Both the position numbers and the translations under genes were made by a program. A model generated the notes under the pieces. It had not been told where the DNA came from and ran no database searches. It worked only from the letters and a program-made list of their open reading frames with translations. Below are positions 11,601 to 21,900 of a stretch of DNA of 64,000 bases, in pieces (position 1 is the stretch's first letter; each line of letters opens with the position of its first letter). The stretch is from Eledone cirrhosa (lineage: Eukaryota). The stretch lies in NCBI GenBank assembly GCA_964016885.1, contig OZ024745.1, forward strand, positions 97,960,001-98,024,000. Reading direction: 5' to 3'.

Positions 11601-13449
11601 GCGTTTTGATTGGTGCTGGTATTATGTAGTCCTGTTGTGAAATGTCTGTGTGTTCAATTATGTAAGTCATTAGTTTCTTGTTGTGTGTATTTATTGCCGT
11701 GCATTTGTTTTTCTGGGGGTGGGGTGTGGTTCTGCTATTTTCTTGTCGTTGTTGCTGGGTGTGTGTATTTTGTTGTTGTGTTTGCGATGTTGGTGCTTGT
11801 GGTGGTGGTGTTGAAGGTGTTGTTGGCGGTGGGGTTGTCGCCGGTGGTGTGGGTGGTGATGGTGTTGGTGGTGTTGCTGCTGTGGGTCTCTTTGCAGTAG
11901 ACTTTACCCTTTTCTCATTTCTTTCCTCCCTTTTCAAAGGCGACGATGCGCTGCTTCTGCGTTTGTGCCTTCTTACGACCTTTTGCCATCCCTCTCCCAC
12001 CTCACACTCCATGTCTGATTCTGTGAGGTCGGGGAGGGGTACCAGCTCCACTCTTTCACTTGTTGTTGTTGGTGATGTTTGCACTGGAGTCTCTGTTGCA
12101 GCTGCATTTGGTATTGCTGTTGTTGTTGTTAATATTTCCACTGCTGCTGCTGTTTTTGATTTCCGTGGAGTGGGTATGGGTGCCACGGACCTATCGTTCC
12201 TGGTTGCCGCTTGTCCTGTTGCTGGTAGCCGTGGAGCCGGATTCGGAAGGAGGGGGGGTTTCTCCTTTCTCAGGGTCTTCTCGTTGCAGTAGGCCCTGAG
12301 GTGAGTCTTCGATCCACAGCGAAAGCATTTCGGGCGTTTGCCCTCAACACTTATGGGCAGTTGAGTGCCGTTATCGAAGTCTATCACATCCGGGATAGCT
12401 TCGATGCACTCCTGGTTGGTTTGGATTAGCATTTCAATGGAGGTGCCTACCCAATCTTCTCTTACTTTTTTCTGTACTTGCAGTACAGTTGTTTTGTCCT
12501 CGATTCCGACGAGGACAGACGCGGCCAGCCAAGAAGGGGCCATTCCGGGGGGGACGTGGGTCAGTTTGACCCTCACAATTTTTTTCCCGCAGTAGGAGGG
12601 CACCAACACCATTTCCTCGCTCCTTAGGGTCACTACTGATTGGGCCTTTGCCTCCTGGGGTGTGGCAAAAAGTACGTCTACGGTGGCATATTTTTTGCCT
12701 CGGGTGATGTGCGTTTTCCGCTGCCACACAGACCCCAAGGCTTTTTGTATTTGGGCCTCTGTGGCTCTTTCCACCCTACGGGATTTTGTACTTACTGTAC
12801 GGTACGTGACCGTACAGTGCTCTTGGGTATCGAAAAATTTTTCCGCTGCCTTGCAGATTGCTCGGTGTCCATTCTTTGTCACCATCTTCTTCGCTTCCTC
12901 TAATTCCTCATTTGTTATGAGGATTGTTTCCAAGTTTTTCGCAATACCTGCAAATGAGATTGGTTTTTCTCTGCTGCTGCTGTTGTTGTTGTCGTCAGAG
13001 CTGCTGGTACTTTTGTTGTTGCTGCAGGTACTACGACTACTGCCTCCGCCGCTGTTGCTGTGGTTGTTGTTGGTGTTGCTGCTGCTAATGCTGTTGTTGT
13101 TTATGCTGCTGGTGATGCTGTTGCGGCTGCTACTGTTGTTTTCATTGTCACTGTTGCTGTTGTTATTACGGCTGCTACTGCTATTATTCCTGACGTCAGA
13201 CGAATGAACTGGGTTTTCGTATTTCCCGCACACCTGTTTCGTCGCTGTCGTCGTCGTCGTGGAGAAACCTTGCACGCTTTGCACGAGACTTTTCTTTTCT
13301 TTCGTCACTTGCGAAAGAGAAGGGAGGGAGAGAGACACATTTAAAGAAGGGAGGGAGAGAGACAATCTTCTCTCTGCTGTAGTGATGATTGAGGAAGAAG
13401 AAGACGGAATGAGTGGGAGTGACGTATGAAATTTCTTTTTCGTAGCCAT
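8632..13449 (-). CDS. LINE polyprotein: ORF1-like region in frame with APE endonuclease and reverse transcriptase (1605 aa, ends at a premature TAG)
   Basis: Knuckle CFRCGSKTHLRAYC; APE motifs SINARGL, AISETR, VAVYAP, LVGDWNG, SYLDRVF, TDHKFV; RT motifs KSPGLDGL, NFRPITLLNTEFKILAK, LDQSKAFDRVDH, VRQGCPLS, AYADDV, KLLGVWF. The ORF2-like Met (MTSLRIGSIN) is at 11349, codon 701. Confidence 0.93.
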   Translation of the reverse strand: MATKKKFHTSLPLIPSSSSSIITTAERRLSLSLPSLNVSLSLPSLSQVTKEKKSLVQSVQGFSTTTTTATKQVCGKYENPVHSSDVRNNSSSSRNNNSNSDNENNSSSRNSITSSINNNSISSSNTNNNHSNSGGGSSRSTCSNNKSTSSSDDNNNSSSREKPISFAGIAKNLETILITNEELEEAKKMVTKNGHRAICKAAEKFFDTQEHCTVTYRTVSTKSRRVERATEAQIQKALGSVWQRKTHITRGKKYATVDVLFATPQEAKAQSVVTLRSEEMVLVPSYCGKKIVRVKLTHVPPGMAPSWLAASVLVGIEDKTTVLQVQKKVREDWVGTSIEMLIQTNQECIEAIPDVIDFDNGTQLPISVEGKRPKCFRCGSKTHLRAYCNEKTLRKEKPPLLPNPAPRLPATGQAATRNDRSVAPIPTPRKSKTAAAVEILTTTTAIPNAAATETPVQTSPTTTSERVELVPLPDLTESDMECEVGEGWQKVVRRHKRRSSASSPLKREERNEKRVKSTAKRPTAATPPTPSPPTPPATTPPPTTPSTPPPQAPTSQTQQQNTHTQQQRQENSRTTPHPQKNKCTAINTHNKKLMTYIIEHTDISQQDYIIPAPIKTPTNIRLLKIAQKQYTNIKTKFPNAVGDFRDLGGTINRRVYSDQPKGRFNGPFTRRSSEKGCKNHPSSTKSTVSGLSHLFHSILNMTSLRIGSINARGLGSSWKQGHLLNDLRSLNIDVVAISETRISEARAFAPIFGGYDVYASPSRPGSGGGVAVLFRRGLDLAIRAIFLDPEGKLVVLDVTSGDGQAFRLVAVYAPTGAGRPDFFRRLETFLGTSRSLVLVGDWNGILDACWDCVGLADRGGGCKSLTNLLRRFELSDRYRLDFPNVPMWTWTNRIGSSRSYLDRVFCREIDRSSIGCPQFKIVSYTDHKFVICVLDLDRLHRRGPGYWKLNASLPARKAYRDRISELVKRALTGAIVNNKWWFALKRAIRIESIRFSKALAIEKNRAEGELVRKLDEALSKGIATDVLAAKLALDQFFNAKHEGCVVRARVRALRHEGMKAVQWARVAEARRGNKATIRSLVDHDGRMLLDPGQMCEAFQRHFAQLFGGSGGPGRGMDFSVYLDGLPRLSATEAKCCEKPITAAEVREAMTGCTRGKSPGLDGLPYELYVQMPDLFGGLLADVYCNWQQNGRIPSSVSRGAVALLRKDPNKGDNIDNFRPITLLNTEFKILAKVLAKRLALVVGGLVGEAQTCAISDRSIHDNLHLMRYIIERVAKEPGTGGSLINLDQSKAFDRVDHRYLAAVLRAAGFGPVFRGWIAAMHSDICSVVRVNGHLSEPFNIMRSVRQGCPLSSLLYVLTLEPLLHKLETLRGVPRELGCGRSVSAYADDVTVVVSNAKHIEAIGTTLREYEAVTGAMINQEKSVGLQLGTWRGRSMPSNSVVGRWTDGPVKLLGVWFGPDLQTDKNWDEVTSRVASLTQKWAERKLSLKGRAEVANAYIASVICYRLTVVPCPKPRLTALERLLFRFLWKGRAPMVRRSICCQHPLRGGLGMPWLMMRRHALRLRHLHLFLDGDQVWSPFARRVFPQLVSLTELQSWVKGIPRGSA

Positions 13450-13663
13450 GTTGTTTTTTGTTTAAAATGAATATTGGGTACAAAACCCCAATAACTGGTT
13501 ATTTAACCCCGAAGGGCCAAATAACGGACAGAAAGACCCCTCTCACGAGGAGGAGGGTGTCTTTATCAACAATTTGGTTCAAGTTTTAAACAATTTACAA
13601 TTGTTTTAACGGTTAAAAATTACTATACCTTACAGAGCCGAGCCTCCGTCAACCATGGCATTC

Positions 13664-13696
<33 letters not shown>
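13664..13696. repeat. (AAT)11 microsatellite, 5' flank/TSD of the Tx1-like LINE
   Basis: 33 nt of perfect AAT. Confidence 0.95.
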
Positions 13697-13701
<5 letters not shown>

Positions 13702-13729
13702 TTTAAAAAAACAAACAAAAAAGAAAACC

Positions 13730-15379
13730 CCGCTTTTATTCTGCATCGCACTTATACCATTAAGTAAAATGCTCAATGAAACAAAACATGGATATAAAGT
13801 CTATGACAAAACCATTAATCACCTGTTCTACATGGATGACCTGAAACTATTTGCAAAAAATGATGAACAATTGAAAGGGCTATTATCCACTGTGGAGCAG
13901 TTCAGTGATGTCATTAAAATGGAGTTTGGACTAGATAAATGCGCCAAAGCAACGTTCACCAGAGGAAAGCTGCTGAAGAGTTCAGACATTAATCTTGATC
14001 GGGGGAACGTGATAAGAGAACTTGATCAAGAAAAAACTTACAAATATCTAGGTGTTTGTGAAGGAGACGGAATCAAGCACTCGACAATGAGGGAAAGGAT
14101 AAGGAAGGAATGTTACCGCAGAGTAAGAGCAATCTTAAGAACGGAATTGAATGCAAGGAATAGGATCGATGCCATAAACACGCTTGCCATACCAGTAGTA
14201 ACCTACAGTTACAATGTCATCAACTGGTCAAGCACAGAGATCCGTAGGCTCGATACAAAAATTCGAAAATTCTTAACCATGCACAGAATGCATCACCCTA
14301 AGGCAGATATAGATAGAATATATCTCCCTAGGAAAGAAGGAGGACGTGGGTTAATCCAGTTAGACATTGCGTTGAAAACTGCAACAATTGGATTATCTAC
14401 ATATCTAAGGGAATCACATGATTGGATGATCAAACTCGTTTTGAAACACGAAAGCATCAAAAGATCATATTCCATTACAAAAGATGCACAAAGATACAGT
14501 AATGGACTACAAATTTCAGAAGTCCCATTTACTGCTGAAATGGAAAACACAGAAAAAGCAAAGCAGGTAAAAGTAACTGCAAAGAAAGAACTGTTACAGA
14601 AACTGGCTAAGAAATGGCAAGAAAAGCCTCTGTATGGAAAATACCCAGAGCGAGCTAACAATCCTGATGTTGACAAAACTTTAACCCATCAGTGGTTGGC
14701 ATCCTCTGGACTGAAATCGGAGACTGAAGGACTGATTATATCAGCACAAGATCAGTGTCTGCCAACAAAAAATTACCAAGCCAACATAATAAAAAATGGA
14801 TGCAGCCCATTATGCCGTGTATGCAAAAAACAACCAGAGACCATTGACCATATAATTTAAATGTGCAGTCCTATAGCTCCAACCGAATACCTAAACAGGC
14901 ATGACAGAGCTGCACAATACATACATTGGATAATGTGTAAGCATTTTGACCTGCCCCATCAAAAGAATTGGTGGGAGCATCAACCACCTCCCATACTTGA
15001 AAAAGATCACATCTCAATCTTGTGGAACTTTAGCATCCAAACAGACCGAAAAATAGATGCAAATAGACCTGATATAATATTGAAGGACTTTCAAAAGAGG
15101 GTATGCCTGCTAATTGATATGTCTGTTCCAATAGACAAGAATGTATCTATAAAAACATTTGAAAAATTGAGCAAGTATAAGGACCTGGAGATAGAAATTG
15201 GAAAAATGTGGAAATTGAGAACTAAAACAATACCAGTGGTTGTAGGCGCTCTGGGAATGATACTTAAGGGGTCTAATGATTACATATCGCAAATCCCAGG
15301 AAACCCGCGTATAGGAGAAATACAAAAGATAGTACTAATGGGAACTGCCCATATACTAAGGAAGATTCTGTCAATATAA
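13730..15379 (+). pseudogene. RT (partial) + zinc finger + restriction-like endonuclease; one in-frame TAA at 14858-14860
   Basis: PLLFCIAL, HLFYMDDLKLF, YKYLGV, RIYLPRKEGGRGL, CRVCKKQPETIDHII*MC, RHD, NRPDIIL...LIDMSVP...EKLSKYKDL. ORFs 13655-14860 and 14861-15379 are contiguous and in the same frame. Confidence 0.9.
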
Positions 15380-15529
15380 GTACATCACAAGTCTAAACAC
15401 TAAAGATGCATGTGTGAATATGTATGTTCTTTCTTGAACATGGCGGACCTTGTTGTCTCTTGAGCTTGAGGTCACTGGTTGTGACTTGGTGATAACTCGT
15501 ATGAACATAAAGCAAGATAAATGCAACTA
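13730..15529 (+). mobile_element. 5'-truncated RLE-type non-LTR retrotransposon, R4/Dong-like
   Basis: Starts mid-RT, runs through CCHC and PD-(D/E)xK endonuclease motifs, then a ~150-nt 3' UTR and (TAA)7 at 15530-15550. Confidence 0.9.
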
Positions 15530-15987
15530 TAATAATAATAATAATAATAAATTAATAATAATTTCATTCTTCACGCAATGCTCACATTAACTAACCACTC
15601 ATGATAATAACAATTTAAAAAACAAAAAAAAAGAAAACCGCGGCCGGCGGGGAATAGCCGTGTCTCTAGGAGAGGACGACTCCTCTAGTCTTGGTTGACA
15701 CTCGTCCTAGAAGTGGTAACAAGAAATGATTACCCCCTTGGCGGTTAAGGATAAAACGCAACAAAATAAAGTAAATGTCAAATGATAAAATCTCATACCG
15801 GATCGGCTGGCAGCCGGGTCAAAATAGGCCTCGTCCATCAGATAGGAACCAGACAGGGGTCGAAAAATAAGTTAATGGTTCAAATCTTCCCATCACTTCG
15901 GAACTCCTACTGTTGGACCTCCATGCTCACCACCAAGAAATGCAAAGAAAAAGAGAGAAAAATAGTCAAGGGAAGACAATAAAGAAG

Positions 15988-18900
15988 TCAGCCAGTACTT
16001 GAGTAGAACTTACTTTATAGTGTGTGGAGGTGACCCCTCAGCTAGTACTAGACAAGAACTTTTTTTATAGTGTGTGGAAGTGTCCCCTCAGCTAGTACTA
16101 GACAAGAACTTACTTTAAAGTGTGTGGAAGTGACCCCTCAGCTAGTACTAGACTAGTACTTACTTTATAGTGTGTGGAAGTAACCCCTCAGCCAGTACTA
16201 GACTAGTACTTACTTTATAGTGTGTGGAAGTAACCCCTCAGCCAGTACTAGACTAGAACTTACTTTATAGTGTGTGAAAGTGACCCCTCAGCTCGTACTA
16301 GAGTAGAACTTACTTTATAGTGTCTGGAAGTGACCCCTCAGCTAGTACTAGACTAGAACTTACTTTATAGTGTGTGAAAGTGAGCCCTCAGCTCGTACTA
16401 GACAAAAACTTACTTTATAGTGGGTGGAAGTGACCCCTCAGGCAGTACTTGAGTAGCGCTTAATTTATAGTGTGTAGAAGTGACCCCTCAGCTAGTACTA
16501 GCCTAGAACTTACTTTATAGTGTGTGGAAGTGTCCCCTCAGCTATTACTTGACTAGAACTTACTTTATAGTGTGTGGAAGTGACCCCTCAGTCAGTACTT
16601 GAGTGAACTTACTTTATAGTGTGAGTAAGTGACCACTCAGCCAGTTCTAGACTAGAACTTACTTTATAGTGTGTAAGTGACACTCAGTTAGTACTTGAGT
16701 AGACCTGACTTTTTAGTGTGTGGAAGTGACCCCACAGCCAGTACTTTGAGTAGAACTTACTTTATAGTGTGTGGAAGTGACCCCTCAGCCAGTACTAGAC
16801 AAGAACGAACTTTATAGTGTGTGGAAGTGACCCCGCAGCCAGTACTTGAGTAGAACCTACTTTATAGTGTGTGGAAGTGACCCCTCAGTCAGTACTAGAC
16901 AAGAACTAACTTTATAGTGTGAGGAAGTGACCCGTCAGCTAGTACTTTTCTAGAACTTACTTTAAAGTGTTTGGAAGTGACCCCTCAGTCAGTATTATTC
17001 TAGAACTAAGTTTATAGTGTGAGGAAGAGAACCCTCAGCTATTACTTGTGTAGAACCTACTTTATAGTGTGTGCCAATGACCCCCGAGCTAGTACTTGAG
17101 TAGAACTTACTTTATAGTGTGTGGAAGTTACCCCTTAGCCAGTACTTGAGTAGAACATACTTTATAATGTGTGGAAGTGACCCCTCAGCCAGGACTTGAG
17201 TAGAACTTACTTTATAGTGTGTGGAAGTGACCCCTCAGCCAGTATTTGAGTTGAACTTACTTTATAGTTTGTGGAAGGTACCCCTCAGCCTTACGTTATA
17301 GTGTGTGGAAGTGACGCCTCGGGCAGTACATGAGTAAAACTTACTTTATAGCGTGTGTAAGTGACCTCTCAGCCAGTACCTGAGTGAACTTAAGTGACCC
17401 GTTAGCCAGTACTAATGATATCTCAGGAAGTACTTGACAAGAACTTACTTTATGGTGCGTGGAAGCGCCCCCTCAGCCAGTACTTGAGTAGAACTTAATT
17501 TATAGTGTTTGGAACTGATCCCTCAGCTAGTACTTGAGTAAAACCTTCTTTATAGTGTGTGGCAGTGACACCTCAGTCAGTACTTGAGTAGAACTTACTT
17601 TATAGTGTGTGGAAGTGACCCCTCAGGCAGTACTTCAGTAGAACTTACATTATAGTGTGTGAAAATGACCCCTCAGCCAGTATTTGAGTTGAACTTACTT
17701 TATAGTGTGTGGAAGTGACCCCTCAGCTAGTAGCGGAGTAGAACTTACTTTATAGTGTGTGTAAGTGACCCCTCATCAAGTACATGAGAAGAACTTACTT
17801 TATAGTGTGTGGATGTGACCCTCAGCCAGTACCTGAGTGAACTTAAGTGACCCGTTAGCCAGTACTAGACTAGGACTTACTTTATAGTGTGTGGAATTGA
17901 CCCTTCAGCCAGTACTTGAGTAGAACTTCCTTTATAGAGTGTGGGAGTGACTCCTCAGCTAGTACCAGAGAAGAACTTACTTTCAGGTGCGTGGAAGCGC
18001 CCCCTCAGCCAGTACTTGAGTAGAACTTACTTTCTAGGGTGTGAAACTGACCGCTCAGCTAGTACTAGAGTAGAACCTTCTTTATAGTGTGTGGAAGTGA
18101 CCCCTCAGCCAGTACTTGCGTAGAACTTACTTTATAGTGTGTGGAAGTGACCCCTCAGCCAGTACATGAGAAGAACTTACTTTATTGTGTGTAGAATACA
18201 CCTCAGCTAGTATTAGAGTAGAACTTACTTTTTAGTGTGTAGAAGTGACCCCTCAGCTAGTACTAGAAAAGAACTTACTTTATAGTGTGTGGACGTAACC
18301 CCTCAGCCAGTGCTTGAGTAGAACTTACTTTACAATGTGTGATAGTCACCCCTCAGTCAGTACTAGACAAGAACTTACTTTATAGTGTGTAGAAGTGGCC
18401 CCTTAGTTATTACTTGTGTAGAACCTACTTTATAGTGTGTGCAAATGACCCCCTAGCCAGTACTTGAGTTGAACTTACTTTATAGTGTGTGGAAGTGACC
18501 CCTCAGCTAGTACTTCCGTAGAACTTACCTTATTGTTTGTAGATGTGATCCCTCAGCCAGTAGTAGAGAAGAACTTACTGTATAGTGTGTGGAAGTGACC
18601 CCTCAGCTAGTACTAGACTAGAACTTACTGTATAGTGTGTGGAAGTGACCCCTCAGCTAGTACTAGACTAGAACTTACTTTATAGTGTGTGGAAGCAACC
18701 CCTCAGCCTGTACTTGATTAGAACTTACTTTATAGTGTGTGGAAGTGACCCTCAGCAAGTACTATTCTAGAACTTACTTTATAGTGTGTGGAAGCAACCC
18801 CTCAGCCAGTACTTGATTAGAACTTACTTTATAGTGTGTGGAAGTGACCCTCAGCAAGTACACTTGTAGAACTTACTTTATAGTGTGTGGAAGCAACCCC

Positions 18901-21900
18901 TCAGCCAGTACTTGTCTAGAACTTGCTTTATAGTGTGTGGAAGCAACCCCTCAGCCTGTACTTGATTAGAACTTACTTTATAGTGTGTAGAAGCGATCCC
19001 TTTTATAGTGTGTGGAAGTGACCACTCAGCTCGTACTTGAATAGAACTTACTTTATATTGTGTGGAATCGAAACCTTTTATAGTGTGTGGAAGTGACCGC
19101 TCAGATAGTACTTATTTTATAGTGTATGGAAGTGATCCTTCAGCTAGTACTTGAGTAGAACTTACTTTATAGTGTGTGGAGGTGACACCTCAGCTAGTAC
19201 TTGAGTAGAACTTACTTTATAGTGTGTGTAAGTGTCCCCTCAGCTAGTACTATAGAAGAACTTACTTTATATTGTGTGGATGTGACCCCCTTAGCTAGTA
19301 CTAGACTAGAACTTTCTTCATAGTGTGTGGAAATGTCCTCTCAGCTAATACTAGACTAGTACTTACTTTATAGTGTGTGGAAGAGACCCCTCAGCCAGTA
19401 CTTGAGTAGAACTTACTTTATTGTGTGTGGAGCTGATTCCTCAGCTAGTACTTGACTAGAACGTATTTATAGTGTGTGGAAATGACACCTCAGCTAGTAC
19501 TTTAGTAGAACTTACTTTATAATGTGTTGAAGTGACCTCTCAGCCAGTACTTGAGTGAACTTACTTCATAGAGTGTGTAAGTGACCCCTCAGCCAGTACT
19601 AGACTAGAACTTAATTTATAGTGTGCGGAAGTGTCCCATCAGCTAGTACTAGATTAGAGCTTACTTTATAGTGTGTGGATGTGACCCATCAGCTAGTACT
19701 TACTTTATAGTGTGTGGAAGTGACCCCTCCGCGCGTACTAGACTACAACTTACTTTATAGTGTGTGGAAGTGATCCCTCAGCAAGTACTAGACTAGAACT
19801 TACTTTACAGTGTGTGGAAGTGTCCCCTCAGTTAGTACTAGAATACAGCTTACTTTATGGTGTATGGAAATGACCCCTCAACTAGTACTTGAGTTGAACC
19901 TACTTTATAGTGTGTGGAAGTGACCTCTCAGTTAGTACTTGCGTAGAACTTACCTTATTGTTTGTAGATGTGATCCCTCAGCCAGTAGTAGAGAAGAACT
20001 TACTGTATAGTGTGTGGAAGTGACCACTCAGCTAGTACTAGACTAGAACTTACTTTATAGTGTGTGGAAGTGACCCCTCAGCTCATACTAGACTAGAACT
20101 TACTTTATAGTGTATGTGAATGTCCCCAGCTAGTACTAGTCTAGAGCTTACTGTATAGTGTTTGGAAGTGATCCCTCAGCTAGTACTTGAGTAGAACTTA
20201 CTTTATAGTGTGTGGAAGTGACCCTCAGCAAGTACTTGTCTAGAACTTACTTTATAGTGTGTGGAAGCAACCCCTCAGCCTGTACTTGATTAGAACTTAC
20301 TTTATAGTGTGTGGAAGTGACCCCTCAGCTAGTACTTGAGTAGAACTTACTTTATAGTGTGTGGAATGACCCCTCAGCCAGTACTTGAGTAGAACATACT
20401 TTATAGTGTGTGGAAGTGACCCCTCAGCTAGTACTAGACTAGAACTTGCTTTGTAGTTTGTGGAAGTGACCTCTCAGCCAGTACTTGAGTAGAACCTACT
20501 TTATCATGTGTGGAAGTGACCCCTACGCCAGTACTTGAGTAGAACTTACTTTATAGTGTGTGTAAGAGACCACTTAGCTAGTTCTTGAGCAGAACTTACT
20601 TTATTGTGTGTGGAAGTGATTCCTCATCTAGTACTTGACTAGAAGTTACTTTATAGTGTGTTGAAGTGCCCTCTCAGCCAGTATTTGAGTGAACTTACTT
20701 CATAGTGTGTGTAAGTGACCCCTCAGCCAGTACAAGACTAGAACTTACATTATAGTATGTGTAAGTGATCCCTCAGCTAGTACTTGACTAGAACCTACTT
20801 TATAGTGTGTGGAAGTGACCCTTCAGCTAGTACTAGAGTAGAACTTACTTTATAGTGTGTGGAAGTGACCCCTCAGCTAGTACTTGAGTGGAACTTACTT
20901 TATAGTGTGTGGAAGCGATCCCTTTCATAGTGTGTGGAAGTGACCACTCAGCTCGTACTTGACTAGAATTTACTTTATATTGTGTGGAAGCGACCTCTTT
21001 TATAATGTGTGGAAGTGACCGCTCAGATAGTACTTATTTTATAGTGTATGGAAGTGACCCCTCAGCCAGTACTTGAGCAGATCTTACTTTATTGTGTGTG
21101 GAGGTGATTCCTCAGCTAGTACTTGACTAGAACTTATTTATAGTGTGTGGAAATGACACCTCAGCTAGTACTTCAGTAGAACTTACTTTATAGTGTGTTG
21201 AAGTGACCTCTCAGCCAGTACTTGAGTGAACTTACTCCATAGAGTGTGTAAGTGACCCCTCAGCCAGTACTAGACTAGAACTTAATTTATAGTGTGCGGA
21301 AGTGTCCCCTCAGCTAGTACTAGATTAGAGCTTACTTTATCGTGTGTGGAAGTGACCCCTCAGCTAGTACTTACTTTATAGTGTGTGGAAGTGACCCCTC
21401 CGCTCGTACTAGAATACAACTTACTTTATAGTGTGTGGAAGTGACCCCTCCGCTCGTACTAGAATACAACTTACTTTATAGTGTGTGGAAGTGATCCTTC
21501 AGCAAGTACTAGACTAGAACTTACGTTATAGTGTGAGGAATTTTCCCCTCAGTTAGTACTAGAATACAGCTTACTTTATAGTGTATGGAAGTGACCCCTC
21601 AACTAGTACTAGACTAGAACTTACTTTATAGTGTGAGGAATTTTCCCCTCAGTTAGTACTAGAATACAGCTTACTTTATAGTATGTGGAAGTGACCGCTC
21701 AACTAGTACTAGTCTAGAGCTTACTTTATATTGTTTGGAAGTGACCACTCAGCTAGTACTTGAGTAGAACTTACTTTATAGTGTGTGGAAGTGACCCTCA
21801 GCAAGTACTTGTCTAGAACTTACTTTATAGTGTGTGGAAATGTTTCTGCAGCTAGTACTTGACTAGAACTTACTTTATAGTGTGTGCAAATGAACCTTCA

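Larger units (their letters stand above)
7668..13663 (-). mobile_element. Apparently full-length (~6.0 kb) non-LTR retrotransposon, L1/Tx1 type
   Basis: ~210-nt 5' UTR, long ORF with CCHC knuckle, APE, RT and C-terminal zinc finger, ~260-nt 3' UTR with AATAAA (- strand, 7674-7679). Bounded by (AAT)11 on both sides. Confidence 0.93.

Noticed and set aside
8257-13483. Numerous short ORFs overlapping the LINE on the opposite strand or in other frames
   Set aside because: Shadow ORFs of GC-rich or triplet-repeat coding sequence with no recognisable motifs.
13655-13729. N-terminus MAFNNNN...KKKT of the 401-aa ORF as a real protein start
   Set aside because: The ATG lies in the antisense 5' end of the Tx1-like element and poly-Asn is the (AAT)11 tract. 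It is a chance in-frame fusion to a 5'-truncated RT.
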